In this document: positions 1-13,030 of the stretch, piece by piece
Layout of the letters: every line of letters starts with the position of its first letter
Position numbering within the stretch: position 1 is the first letter of the stretch
Assembly (NCBI RefSeq): GCF_963921235.1
Contig: NC_086108.1
Span: forward strand, 13,206,001-13,270,000
Direction: 5' to 3'
Source: Mobula hypostoma
Lineage: Eukaryota
Length of the DNA: 64,000 nt
Program-made: the position numbers and the translations under genes
The notes under the pieces: model-generated
What the model saw: the letters and a program-made list of their open reading frames with translations, nothing else
Database searches by the model: none
What the model was told of the DNA's origin: nothing

Positions 1-1770
1 GGACCTTAGGCCTTCATACCATTACCATCCATGTACCTATCCAAACTTCTCTTAAAACATTGAAATTGAGCTCACATGCACCACTTGTGCTGGCAGTTCA
101 CTCCACACACTCACCACCCTCTGAGTGAAGAAGGTTCCCCTCATGTTCCCCTTAAACTTTTCATCTTTCACTCTTAACCCATGATCTGGCTGTAGTCCCA
201 CTCAAGCTCAGTGGAAAAAGCCTGCTTGCATTTACCTCATCTATACCCCTCAATTTTGTATACCTCTATCAAATCTCCCCTCAATCTTCTATGTTCCAAA
301 GAATAAAGACCTAACTTATTCAATCTTTCCTTATAACTCAGGTCCTCCAGACCCGGCAACATCCTTGTAAATTTTCCCTGTACTCTTTCAACCTTTTCTG
401 TAGGTGAGTGACCAAAACTGCACATGATACTCCAAATTAGGGCTCATCAACGTCCTGCACAAATTCAACATAACATCCCAGCTCCAGAACTCAGTACTTT
501 GATTTATAAAGGCCAATATGCCAAAAGCTCACTTTATGACTCTCCCCACCAGTGACGCTACTTTCGATGAATTATCGACCAGTATTCCCAGATCCCTTTG
601 TTCTACCACACTCCTTCCTACAAACCATTAGACTTATAAATTCACACGTCTGTACATTGTAACGGAGTCATAACGCAAAGATCTTCACTCCCTCACTTTG
701 AGGGATGGACGTAAGATTTAAATAAATTCTATTCTATCCTCAATGCCCTACTGCTCACTCTATAACTCATAGCAAAGGAGTTGGTCCTACCAAAGTGGAA
801 AACCTCGCACTTGTCTGCATTAAATTCCATCTGCCATTTTTCATCCCATTTTCCCAGTTGGTCCAGAACCCTCTGCAAGTCATGATAGCCTTCCTCACTA
901 TCCACCACACCCCAAATCTTGGTGTCATCCGCAAATGTGCTGATCGAGTTAACCATGTTATCATCCAGATCACTGATATAGATGACAAACAACAATAGAG
1001 CCAGCACCGATCCCTGCAGCACTCCACGAGTCACAGGCTTCCAGCAGTTCAACAACCCCACTTTTACCTCTCTCTACTTTTTACTAAAATATTGAAACCT
1101 GGGATATTAAGCACCATTTCCTATCCCTCTCTCAACGAAGTCCCTGTCATGGCTACAACATCGTAGTCCCATGCACTGATCCATGGTCTAAGCTCATTAC
1201 CTTTACTCATAATACTCCTAGCATTAAATTACACTCACTTCAAAGTATCAGTCCCATCATATCTATTTCTTTGCTCCAGCTTGTTTTTACTGGCCCTGAC
1301 ATCTACCTTTCTCTTCATCCCGGTGCTCCGGTTCCCAGTTCCTTGCTAAACTAGTTTAAACCCTCCCAAGTAGCGCTATTGATCCTCTCGGCCATAATAT
1401 TGGCTCCTCTCCATTTCAGGTGCAACCTGTTCCCATGTTCAGGTCACCCTTACCCCAGAACTGGTTCCAATTATCCAACAACTTGAAACCCCGCTGCCTG
1501 TTCCAGTTGCTCAGCCACTCATTCATCTGTACTATCATCCTATTCCTGCCCTGACCAGCATGAGGTACAGGGAGTAATCCGGAGATTATTACCTTGGGGG
1601 TCCTGCTCATCAGCCTTGTCACTAACTCTCTACACTCACAGCACAGGACCTCTTCCTCCTTTCTACCCATGTCATGGGTAGAATGTGCACCATGACCTCT
1701 GGCTACTCACCTTCCCTCGAGAATCTTCTGCAGCTACTCTGATATATCCTAGACCCTAGCACCTGGGAGG
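1..1770 (-). mobile_element. Decayed CR1 LINE pieces (ORF1 esterase end, RT, 3' end) with a short LINE 3' tail inserted at ~620-735
   Basis: ORFs 237-425, 729-1061 (QGSVL, FADDTK) and 1416-1670 (SGNH-esterase-like ORF1). Confidence 0.8.
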
Positions 1771-1771
1771 C

Positions 1772-2140
1772 CCTTAGTATTATCAGGGATCCCACCCATC
1801 CATCCAGCATCCTCTTTGATTCCTACCATCAGACAGGAGACTCTGATGCATAAAAACAAGAACGGTCAGGATGGGAAACAGTTTCTTCCCTCAGGCCATT
1901 AGTCTTCTGAACTCCCTGCCACATCACATTTGAAATGTTTCTAAATAACTTGTACTGGACCCTATAATATTTAATTTATGCACTTTAATTTATCTATGCA
2001 TAATTCATTTCTAGATTTAATTTTCTCTTTCCTAAGTTATTGTGTTTTATGTGTACTACTGTGGTTTATACCCTGGTCTGGTGAAACGTCTCACTTGACA
2101 GTATACATGGACATATTTAAATGACAATAAACTTGAGTTG
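1772..2140 (+). mobile_element. Rex1/Babar-like LINE 3' fragment
   Basis: I.RDPTHP....F..LPS..R / NSFFPQAI.LLN C-terminal motif and an AATAAA tail. Same family as 50900-51880. Confidence 0.65.
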
Positions 2141-2924
2141 ATGAGGTTAAGGCCAGGTCCTCTGCAATATACTTCCTCATATCCATCAATGATCTAAAAT
2201 GGGTCCTGGTATTTTTCAGAAACCAGACTATGAGAACTGGTCAGTCCCTGGAGCCAGACCTCAGCACAAAGGAAGGAATATAAGTTATATATGGAGGAGC
2301 AGAATTAGGCCATTTGGCTTATCGAGTCTGCTCTGCCATTTCATCATAGCTGGTCCGTTTCCCTCTCATCCCCAATCTCCTGCCTTCTCCCCATATCCCT
2401 TCATGGCCTGACTAATCAAGAATCTATCAACCTCTGCCTTAAATATACCCAATGACTTGACCTCCACAGCCATCCATGGCAATGATTTCCATGGATTCAC
2501 CACTCTCTGGCTAAAGGAACTCATCTTCGTTCTAACAGGACACCCCTCTATTCTTCAGGTCTTAAACCCCACCACTATAGGAAATATCCTCTCCATATCC
2601 ACTCAACATTCAATAGGTTTCAATGAAGTCATCCCTCATTCTTCTGAATTTCAGTGAGTACAGGACCAGAGCCATCAAAAGGTCCTCAGGTGACAAGCCT
2701 TTCAATCCTGGAACCATAAGATACAGAAACAGGAGAAGGCCATTTGTCCCCTTGAGTTGTTGCTGATTTTCAACAAGATCACAGTGGATCTGCAACCTCT
2801 GCACCACTTCCCTGCATTTAACCTATGTTCTCTGATGCCACAAAAAACTCATGCCTGTCATGAATATACTCAGGGCCTCTTGGGAAGACCGTTCCAAAGA
2901 TTCACCCCTATTCTGAGAGAGATT

Positions 2925-3190
2925 TGGGGCGGCATGGTAGTGTAGTGGTTAGCATAACGCTTGACAACACCAGCCACCGGTGTTCAATTTCCGTCACTGT
3001 CCGTAAGGAGTCTGCATGTTCTCCCCTGACCGCGGGGGTTTCCTCCCGCAGTCCAAGCAAGTTCCGGTTAGTAGGTTAATTGGTCATTGTAAATTGTCCG
3101 GTGATTAGGCTAGGATTAAACCAGGGGCTGCTGGGAGGTGCAGTTCGAAGAGATGGAAGGACCTAGTCAGCATTGTTTCTCAATGAGTAC
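2925..3190 (+). mobile_element. tRNA-derived V-SINE (HE1-like)
   Basis: A-box/B-box-like head (TAGTGTAGTGG; GTTCAATTTCC) and V-domain GGAGTCTGCATGTTCTCCCC...GGTTTCCTCCC. Related copy at 39295-39580. Confidence 0.7.
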
Positions 3191-3268
3191 AAGAAACATC
3201 TTTCCCCTACTGAGGAGGCAAGACAGCTTTGGGAAGCAACATTAACTTTGGATTTTACCCACACCTAC

Positions 3269-3359
3269 CTGTAACACACCACAAACTGCGCATAGGCCAC
3301 CGCGATCCAGTTGTGATGCCCTCTCACTATCCGCACCATGCCAGGATGAGACGGTGACC
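3269..3359 (-). CDS. SHKBP1: SHKBP1 coding exon 8 ([30 protein letters not shown])
   Basis: ctctcag| acceptor and |GTAGGT donor; 91 nt. [10 protein letters not shown] motif at the start of the WD40-like region. Confidence 0.92.
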
Positions 3360-3569
3360 CTGAGAGAGATGAGAAACGAACATGAACAGGAGCTAATGTG
3401 GGACATCCGGCCTTTTGATCCTACTCTAATCCACTCCAGTACAAGACTGTGGTCAGATTTCACCCTCAACTCCACTTTTCTGCCCCCCTTTGAATGCAAT
3501 TAGCCACTGAGCTCCACGGTCCTCTAGAAGAAAAGTCTAAACATTCACTACCTGAGTGAAATATTGCAT

Positions 3570-4024
3570 TGTTGGAGTCCATTGTTTTTAATGCTTTCAA
3601 TTATATTAGTTGAATTAATGCAAGACTGAAATTGCCGTTTTTTTAAACTGATACAATTTGCATTTTTAGCAGTCACATATTGCTTAAGATGTGTGGGGTT
3701 TTGTCTCCACCTACTGGCAGAAATGTGGTACAGCAGTTACATAATAGTTTGTCACCTTTTAATTTTTAATTTGCTAAGTGATAACACATGATAAGCTGTG
3801 ACTGATTCCTCTTATCTAAGGAATTTGTCTTATCTGAACTATAAGAGTGCCAAGTTTTTCCAAAAGCACCATCTTTTTTGTATCATCTTTCCTTTTGTCT
3901 GCTTCAGTTCCAGGTGCTCTGTTTTTGTTCCTTTGCTTAAACTTTAAAATAAATGATCATTGAAGCAACAAGTTTTCACTTGTCTTGGACTTCTAAGAAC
4001 CTGGAGAATGAAAAATTACTAACA
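3570..4024 (+). mobile_element. Solo LTR related to the ERV LTR at 55543-56228
   Basis: TG...CA ends, TATA at ~3840 and AATAAA at 3948. Colinear similarity to 55543-56228 (e.g. TGTCTCCACCYACTGGCAGA, GCAGTTACATAA). Confidence 0.7.
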
Positions 4025-4068
4025 TCTGACAGCATGCTCACCAGACAACATCTATTCACAACACACAT

Positions 4069-5980
4069 AATGACAGGAATTCTGCAGATGCTGGAAATTC
4101 AAGCAACACACATCAAAGTTGCTGGTGAACGCAGCAGGCCAGGCAGCATCTCTAGGAAGAGGTACAATCGACGTTTCGGGCCGAGACCCTTCGTCAGGAC
4201 TAACTGAAGGAAGAGTTAGTAAGAGATTTGAAAGTGGGAGGGGGAGGGGGAGATCCAAAATGATAGAAGACAGGAAGGGGAGGGATGGAGCCAAGAGCTG
4301 GACAGGTGATTGGCAAAGGGGATATGAGAGGATCATGGGACAGGAGGTCCAGGGTGAAGGAAAAGGGGGGGGGGAACCAGAGGATGTGCAAGGGGTATAT
4401 TCAGAGGGATAGAGGGAGAAAAAGGAGAGTGAGAGAAAGAATGTGTGTATAAAAATAAATAACAGATGGGGTACGAGGGGGAGGTGGGGCATCAGCAGAA
4501 GTTAGAGAAGTCGATGTTCATGCCATCAGGTTGGAGGCTACCAAGGTGTTGTTCCTCCAACCTGAGTGTAGCTTCATCTTTACAGTAGAGGAGGCCGTGG
4601 ATAGACATGTCAGAATGGGAATGGGACGTGGAATTAAAATGTGTGGCCACTGGGAGATCCTGCTTTCTCTGGTGGACAGAGCGTAGATGTTCAGCAAAGC
4701 GGTCTCCCAGTCTGCGTCGGGTCTCACCAATATATAAAAGGCCACATCGGGAGCACCGGACGCAGTATATCACCCCAGTCGACTCACAGGTGAAGTGATG
4801 CCTCACCTGGAAGGACTGTTTGGGGCCCTGAATGGTGGTAAGGGAGGAAGTGTAAGGGCATGTGTAGCACTTGTTCCGCTTACACGGATAAGTGCCAGGA
4901 GGGAGATCAGTGGGGAGGGATGGGGGGGACGAATGGACAAGGGAGTTGCGTAGGGAGTGATACCTGCGGAAAACAGAGAGCAGGGGGAGGGAAAGATGTG
5001 CTTAGTGGTGGGATCCCGTTGCAGGTGGCGGAAGTTACGGAGAATAATATGTTGGACCCGGAGGCTGGTGGGGTGGTAGGTGAGGACCAGGGGAACCCTA
5101 TTCCTAGTGGGGTGGCGGGAGGATGGAGTGAGAGCAGATGTGCGTGAAATGGGGGAGATGCGTTTGATAGTTGATAGTGGAGGAAGGGAAGCCCCTTTCT
5201 TTAAAAAAGGACATCTCCCTCGTCCTGGAATGAAAAGCCTCATCCTGAGAGCAGATGCGGCGGAGACGGAGGAATTGCGAGAAGGGGATGGCATTTTTGC
5301 AAGAGACAGGGTGAGAAGAGGAATAGTCCAGATAGCTGTGAGAGGCTTATAGTAGACATCAGTGGATAAGCTGTCTCCAGAGACAGAGACAGAAAGATCT
5401 AGAAAGCGGAGGGCCGTGTCGGAAATGGACCAGGGTGAAAGTTGGAGGCAAAGTTAATAAAGTCAACGAGCTCAGCATGCGTGCAGGAAGCAGCGCCAAT
5501 GCAGTCGTCGATGTAGCGAAGGAAAAGTGGGGGACAGATACCAGAATAGGCACGGACCATAGATTGTTCCACAAAGCCAACAAAAAGGCAGGCATAGCTC
5601 CCCCTCGTACCCCATCCGTTATTTATTTTTATACACACATTCTTTCTCTCACTCTCCTTTTTCTCCCTCTGTCCCTCTGACTATACCCCTTACCCATCCT
5701 CTGGGTTCCCCCCGCCCCGTCTTTCTCCCCGGACCTCCTGTCCCATGATCCTCTCATATCCCTTTTGCCTATCACCCGTCCAGCTCTTGGCTCCATCCCT
5801 CCCCCTCCTGTCTTCTCCTATCATTTTGGATCACCCCCTCCACCTCCCACTTTCAAATCTCTTACTAACTCTTTCTTCAGTTAGTCCTGACGAAGGGTCT
5901 CAGCCTGAAGCGTCGACTGTACCTCTTCCTAGAGATGCTGCCTGGCCTGCTGCATTCACCAGCAATTTTAATGTGTGTTG
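4069..5980 (-). mobile_element. Penelope-like element (Neptune-type), 5'-truncated, with an inverted copy of its 3' end (5599-5980)
   Basis: GIY-YIG ORF 4492-4806 (VIYC..C..CGLLYIGET), RT pieces 4803-5638, terminal inverted repeat, and TSD copies at 4051-4068 and 8709-8726. Confidence 0.9.
4166..4201 (-). ncRNA. Minimal type-I hammerhead ribozyme of the PLE 3' repeat (intact core)
   Basis: Reverse complement is AGTCCTGACGAAGGGTCTCGGCCCGAAACGTCGATT. Confidence 0.75.
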
Positions 5981-5985
5981 CTATT

Positions 5986-8709
5986 GGGAGGTGGGGAGGT
6001 GGGGTGGCGTTGCTGGTTAAAGAAGAGATTAACGCAATAGAAAGGAAGGACATAAGCCTGGAAGATGTGGAATCGATATGGGTAGAGCTGCGTAACACTA
6101 AGGGGCAGAAGACGCTGGTGGGAGTTGTGTACAGGCCACCTAACAGTAGTAGTGAGGTCGGAGATGGTATTAAACAGGAAATTAGAAATGTGTGGAATAA
6201 AGGAACAGCAGTTATATGGGTGACTTCAATCTACATGTAGATTGGGTGAACCAAATTGGTAAAGGTGCTGAGGAAGAGGATTTCTTGGAATGTATGCGGG
6301 ATGGTTTTTTCAACCAACATGTCGAGGACCCAACTAGAGAGCAGGCTATTCTGGACTGGGTTTTGAGCAATGAGGAAGGGTTAATTAGCAATCTTGTCGT
6401 GAGAGGCCCCTTGGGTAAGAGTGACCATAATATGGTGGAATTCTTCATTAAGATGGAGAGTGACATAGTTAATTCAGAAACAAAGGTTCTGAACTTAAAG
6501 AGGGGTAACTTTGAAGGTATGAGACGTGAATTAGCTAAGATAGACTGGCAAATGACACTTAAAGGATTGACGGTGGATATGCAATGGCAAGCATTTAAAG
6601 GTTGCATGGATGAACTACAACAATTGTTCATCCCAGTTTGGCAAAGGAATAAATCAAGGAAGGTAGGGCACCCGTGGCTGACAAGAGAAATTAGGGATAG
6701 TATCAATTCCAAAGAAGAAGCATACAAATTAGCCAGAGAAAGTGGCTCACCTGAGGACTGGGAGAAATTCAGAGCTCAGCAGAGGAGGACAAAGGGCTTA
6801 ATTAAGAAGGGGAAAAAAGATTATGAGAGAAAACTGGCAGGGAACATAAAAACTGACTGTAAAAGCTTTTATGGATATGTAAAAAGGAAAAGACTGGTAA
6901 AGACAAATGTAGGTCCCCTACAGACAGAAACAGGTGAATTGATTATGGGGAGCAAGGACATGGCAGACCAATTGAATAATTACTTTGGTTCTGTCTTCAC
7001 TAAAGAGGACATAAATAATCTTCCAGAAATAGAGGGGGACAGAGGGTCCAGTGAGATGGAGGAACTGAGCGAAATACATGTTAGTAGGGAAGTGGCATTG
7101 GGTAAATTGAAGGGATTGAAGGCAGATAAATCCCCAGGGCCAGATGGTCTGCATTCTAGAAGTGCTTAAGGAAGTAGCCCAAGAAATAGTGGATGCATTA
7201 GTGATAATTTTTCAAAACTCGTTAGATTCTGGACTAGTTCCTGAGGATTGGAGGGTGGTTAATGTAACCCCACTTTTTAAAAAAGGAGGGAGAGAGAAAC
7301 CGGGGAATTATAGACCGGTTAGCCTAACGTCGGTGGTGGGGAAACTGCTGGAGTCAGTTATCAAAGATGTGATAACAGCACATTTGGAAAGCGGTGAAAT
7401 CATCGGACAAAGTCAGCATGGATTTGTGAAAGGAAAATCATGTCTGACGAATCTCATAGAATTTTTTGAGGATGTAACTAGTAGAGTGGATAGGGGTGAA
7501 CCAGTGGATGTGGTATATTTGGATTTTCAAAAGGCTTTTAACAAGGTCCCACACAGGAGATTAGTGTGCAAACTTAAAGCACACGGTATTGGGGGTAAGG
7601 TATTGGTGTGGGTGGAGAATTGGTTAGCAGACAGGAAGCAAAGAGTGAGAATAAATGGGACCTTTTCAGAATGGCAGGCGGTGACTAGTGGGGTACCGCA
7701 AGGCTCAGTGCTGGGACCCCAGTTGTTTACAATATATATTAATGACTTGGATGAGGGAATTAAATGCAGCATCTCCAAGTTTGCGGATGACACGAAGCTG
7801 GGTGGCAGTGTTAGCTGTGAGGAGGATGCTAAGAGGATGCAGAGTGACTTGGATAGGTTGGGTGAGTGGGCAAATTCATGGCAGATGCAATTTAATGTGG
7901 ATAAATGTGAAGTTATCCACTTTGGTGGCAAAAATAGGAAAACAGATTATTATCTGAATGGTGGCCGATTAGGAAAAGGGGAGGTGCAACGAGACCTGGG
8001 TGTCATTATACACCAGTCATTGAAAGTGGGCATGCAGGTACAGCAGGCGGTGAAAAAGGCGAATGGTATGCTGGCATTTATAGCGAGAGGATTCGAGTAC
8101 AGGAGCAGGGAGGTACTACTGCAGTTGTACAAGGCCTTGGTGAGACCACACCTGGAGTATTGTGTGCAGTTTTGGTCCCCTAATCTGAGGAAAGACATCC
8201 TTGCCATAGAGGGAGTACAAAGAAGGTTCACCAGATTGATTCCTGGGATGGCAGGACTTTCATATGAAGAAAGACTGGATGAACTGGGCTTGTACTCGTT
8301 GGAATTTAGAAGATTGAGGGGGGATCTGATTGAAATGTATAAAATCCTAAAGGGATTGGACAGGCTAAATGCAGGAAGATTGTTCCCGATGTTGGGGAAG
8401 TCCAGAACAAGGGGCCACAGTTTGAGGATAAAGGGGAAGCCTTTCAGGACCGAGATTAGGAAAAACTTCTTCACACAGAGAGTGGTGAATCTGTGGAATT
8501 CTCTGCCACAGGAAACAGTTGAGGCCAGTTCATTGGCTATATTTAAGAGGGAGTTAGATATGGCCCTTGTGGCTACGGGGATCAGGGGGTATGGAGGGAA
8601 GGCTGGGGCGGGGTTCTGAGTTGGATGATCAGCCATGATCATAATAAATGGCGGTGCAGGCTCGAAGGGCCGAATGGCCTACTCCTGCACCTATTTTCTA
8701 TGTCTATGT
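5986..8709 (+). mobile_element. Young CR1 (HER1-like) LINE, 5'-truncated in the APE endonuclease; ORF2 broken by only two frameshifts
   Basis: ORFs 5935-6240, 6216-7169 and 7144-8619 (GDFN, SDH, PQGSVLGP, FADD). 3' UTR ends in (TCTATG)n. Confidence 0.95.
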
Positions 8710-8729
8710 CTATTCACAACACACATTGA

Positions 8730-9670
8730 CTGCCCTTTGTTTTACAGATCAAATAATCACTGTAGCCCTTAGTTGTCAATATGGCACCCAACAGTAGAGA
8801 GCACGAACAGCCGGGCAGAGGCCTCACTCCCAGCCTGGGACTAAGCTATCAATTGTTGTATGACTGACAAAAAAAAACTCAGCTATTATTGCCTCAAAAA
8901 TAACAAAGCAATACCGTGATGGCAAATTTGTCATTTGAGAAAGTTAGGACTAGTTCAACTAAGGCGCTCACTGATATGTTGGAACTACATACTTAGAAAC
9001 AAAAAATTTGAGTAACTATCAATTCTTGTTTACATCGTTGGGACATATCAAGCTTCTGATGCTGACTGCAAACGTGGATTCAGTCTTATGAATTGAATCA
9101 AACGTAAATCCTGAAACAGACTAAAAAAGGAACATTTGGATGAGCTAATGACCACTAAGATGAATCTTTCATCTGGATGCAAAATTATTCTGGAGAGTGT
9201 TTACAGACAATGGATTTGTAATAAAGAAGGACAAGAAAAAGTTAACGAAACGCGAAAGATTTTCTTTGTTATACTGTTTTTCATTATACCCTTCAATTAA
9301 TTTTTAAAAAGTAGGTGGTTTTTCAATGTTTAGTCTAAGTATTCATCAGCTGGCCGGTGGTGAGTGACATCAACACCAGACTTCGAGGCGAAGTGTCCCG
9401 AGTCTGAACCTGGCCAGCTCCTTGCACACTTTCTATCCGTGCTGGGTTGAGCATCGAGGTAACAACTCGGTCTCGTAAAAAAGTCAAATGCTAAGGAAAC
9501 AGCAAAAATGCCGCCGATGTGCCACAAGGTGCAAAAATGAACAATTCATAGCATGCATATTATTTAAAATATTACAGCGCCACACACTTTTCAGGCCGTG
9601 CAAAAATTTCCTGCTCAGAGCAATGGTTGGTCTTCACAGCTGTAAGAAATAAAATTAAAGGGAACGTTGG
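8730..9670 (+). mobile_element. hAT DNA transposon 3' remnant
   Basis: 9007-9165 reads ASDADCKRGFSLMN*IKRKS*NRLKKEHLDELM, a hAT C-terminal dimerisation motif. TIR-like end TAAAGGGAACGTTG at ~9669. Confidence 0.7.
9348..9545 (+). mobile_element. Probable tRNA-derived SINE nested in the hAT remnant
   Basis: GC-rich tRNA-like head (GCTGGCCGGTGG...) interrupting AT-rich transposon 3' sequence. Confidence 0.4.
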
Positions 9671-10069
9671 TCTCAAATAACCATGGGTGATCCTTCTCTA
9701 ACAGATTCAGGAATGTAAATTCATGCTCACCACCACAACAGTGGCTATGACGTGTACCACTAACAAAGTGCACAACAACTACTTAACTGGACTACTCTGA
9801 CACCACCGGCCAAGTCCTTCACCTCTGCCGAGGAAGAAGTCAAGATTCATGAAGAAAAAGCCGGAATTATTCAGCTTGCAGAAACGAAACGAAAGCATTA
9901 ACCCAAAATTGGTGGTGTACTGGATAGTGACAAACTGGGGAAATGGGCCAATGAGAGGTGGAATTTATCTCAGACTGGTTGCATTTGGCAAGTTAAACCA
10001 TGGAGGACTTGCATAGTAAACAGTCGATCAAAGAAACCCATGGCTACAGGTACATAGCACTGCTCGTCA

Positions 10070-10495
10070 GTGCGATCATTTGATTTGCGTATGATGTTCT
10101 CTGAGGTGGTCTATTGGTGAGTCCTCAGGATCGAGGATCCACATATTCTGATGTGGTGCGGGCAAGAGTAAGTGGTGGTTGTGGCTAGTGCCTGGGTGTT
10201 TTGGTTGTTCAGTCTCTCCGTTTGTTTTTGCCGTTTGTTCTCTGCGGCACAACAGATCGATCTCAGGTAGCCCAGCTCCCTCTTGAACAGATTTCCTCCA
10301 GGCGTATCTGTTGAGTGTAATGGCTTCCCAGTTTTTAGATGTCATGCTGAACTTATTCAGGCTGATTTTGATGTTATCTTTGAAGCCTTTCCTTTGTCCA
10401 CTAGGGGACTGCTAACCTTCCTTCAACTGGGAGTAAAGGATCTGTCTGGGGAGACATGAGCCAACTCTGATGGAAAGACCACGTCATCCAGATGC
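10070..10495 (-). mobile_element. RTE-clade LINE 3' fragment
   Basis: Reads LPRQILYSQLKEG...RKGFKDNIK...WEAITLNRYAWRKSV, the RTE C-terminal motif. Confidence 0.75.
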
Positions 10496-11765
10496 TTGAC
10501 TTGTGTCTCCCCAGAAAATGAGAACACAGGGTGGATTGGATGGTGAAGGTCATTTATCTGCATCTATCTCTATTCTGCATTGCGGGGTTTATTATGGTAA
10601 CTAGTTACATGAGTGGGACATGGTAAAAGCAAAGGGAATAAGTTCCGTATTCATGCTATGTTCAGGGTAGTTTGTATCTGAGTCTGGCAGATATCATATC
10701 TCTTGCTGAGCACTCAAAAACACTCAATTACGCTTAGCTTACACTTGGGTATGCCCAAGTTTCATCGCTTCAATATTGTATGTTTGCTATTTGCTAATAA
10801 AGAGTTGAACAAACGATTCCACTTTGGAACAATCATTACTGGAGTTGAGGGTGCATCACGCAAGTATAACAAATCCGTTGGGGCATCGGCAGCCGCAGTT
10901 TCTTTTCCTCTCCCTTTTGTCTGACGCACGCTGCATAGAACCTTCTGGAAAGTATGCTCCACGTGTAATTTTAACTAAGCATCTGTTTGTTCGATATTTA
11001 ATTTTGTAGTTTTCTGTCTCACTCACCAAACTCATCAAAGTGCTTCAATCTTACAGGCAGCCTTTTGGAACAGAGGTGAGGAAGAAGTTCTTTAGCTAGA
11101 GAGTGGTGAAATGATGGAATTCATCGCCACAGGTGATGTGGAGTCTAGGTGACTGGGTATATTCAAGGCAGAGGTTGATAGATTCTTGATTAGTCAGGGC
11201 ATGAAGGGATATGGTGAGAAGGCAGGAGACTGGGGCTGAGAGAGAAAATTGGATCAGCTGTGGTGAAGTGGTGCAGCAAACTTGATGGTCCAAATAACCG
11301 AATTCTGCTCCTCTATCTTATGGTCATGTTGCAACCATACAAGTAGCTAATGAAACTTCACTTGGTATAGTGTGCCCAGCTCTGGTTACCATGCTATAAG
11401 CAGGATGTGATTAAACTGGCTTTTTATGCTGAAAAACATATGGTTCTCATATAGATGAAGTCTAACTTGCCTTGCATTTCAAGTATTTTATTCAAATATC
11501 TTTTAAGACTGCACTCAATTCTATTAAAATCTAGGCCCTGACACTTCCTGACTCCCATATGACTGCCTCCTTTGTTCTTCACTAAATGCCTTGTCAGATA
11601 ATGGTCACAGCTCTTAGAAGTGCCAACACACAGCATCATCTGTTTACAAGTTCGAGGACCGAGAACTCGACTCGCTGACCAACGTGCTGCAGTGCCCAAG
11701 GAAGGGAGCGAACGCACCAGTCACTCTGACCACGAGCCCACAGGGACTTTACGCTGCATACAAAC

Positions 11766-11930
11766 CGCTTCCGCGCTGCTCCAGGAATTTCCCAACAGTG
11801 CCAGCGTTGCCCAGATTGGGTGGCATGGTGTTGCTCCTCCGCACGGGTACTCGGTCAGTGCCCTCAAGCCGAGGCCCCACTATCTGCGGGCTAGCCAGGC
11901 TGTACCGGTTCCTTCTCATGGCTGGGATCA
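11766..11930 (-). CDS. SHKBP1: SHKBP1 coding exon 7 ([12 protein letters not shown]...[16 protein letters not shown]...)
   Basis: ctctgtag| acceptor. [16 protein letters not shown] is recalled as SHKBP1-specific. Donor G|GTTTGT at 11765 was chosen because it keeps phase 1; this 3' boundary is less certain. Confidence 0.85.
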
Positions 11931-12259
11931 CTACAGAGAGAGACAAAGCTAGTGAGTCAAGAAGCCATGATCCAGAGTGGTCCGAAATTTCATAACCCTC
12001 CCTTTGAGAAACCAGAATGGTCCCAACTTTGGGAAGGCAATGACACAAAACTGCCAGAGAAGCCAGGAGTCCAAGGGTTTAACAAAAACCGGAATGAAAT
12101 GGAAATAAGGCTGTTGCTAGGTATTTTCCACAAGTCAGTTTTAACCTTGTCAGAGAATGTATCAAATCACTTCCTCCACACATTTGTAATGAATGGTATT
12201 GATGTGAGCCATGAGTATTTATTGATCATCTTCCCTTGTTATAATGGTACAGAATCAGA

Positions 12260-13030
12260 CCCTTTAGAGTCACAGAAAAGTACAGTACAGAAACAGGCCC
12301 TTTGGCCAATTTAGTCTGTGCCGGACCATTTAAAATGCCTGCTCCCATTGACCGGCACCGGGTCTATAGCCCTCCATTATCCCTACCATCCATATACCTT
12401 TCCAAACTTCTCTTAAATGTTGAAATCAAACTCACATGCACCACTTGTGCTGGTAGCTCGTTCCACGCTCCACGCTCTCACCACCCTGTGAGCAAAGAAG
12501 TTTCTCATCCTGTTCTCCTTAAACTTTTCACCTTTCACCCTTATCACATGACCTCTGGTTGTAGTCCCACCCAACCTCAGTGGAAAAAGCCTGCCTGCAT
12601 TTACCCTATCTATATCCTTCATAATTTTGCATACTTTTATCAAATCTCCTCTCAGTCTTCTAGGTTCTGAAGAATACAGTCCTAACTTATTCAATCTTTC
12701 CATACAACTCAGGTCCTCTAGTCCCAGCAACATCCTTGTAAATTTTCTCCACTCTTCCAACCTTATTTACATCTTTCCTGTAGGTAGGTGACCAAAACAG
12801 CACACTTTACTCCAAGTAAGGCCTCACCAGCATCTGACACAACTTCAACATAACATCCCATCTCCTGTACTCAATACTTTGATTTACGAAGGCCAAATTG
12901 CCAATAGGTTTATTTATGACCCCATTTACCTGTAAGGCACTTTCAATGAATTGTGAACCTGTATTCCCAGCTCCCTTTGTCCTCCCGCACTCCTCAGTGC
13001 CCTCCCATTCAGTGTGTAAGACCTACCCTT
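12260..13030 (-). mobile_element. CR1 LINE 3' fragment
   Basis: ORF 12413-12760 (RRLRGDLI...TRGH...FFAHRVV). Confidence 0.85.

Noticed and set aside
2925..3000. tRNA genes at SINE heads (also 56040-56110)
   Set aside because: No complete cloverleaf; they continue into SINE bodies.
7527..8642. Long minus-strand ORFs here, and similar ones over other CR1/PLE copies (e.g. 16654-17466, 48582-49376)
   Set aside because: Antisense or alternate-frame shadows of retroelement ORFs.
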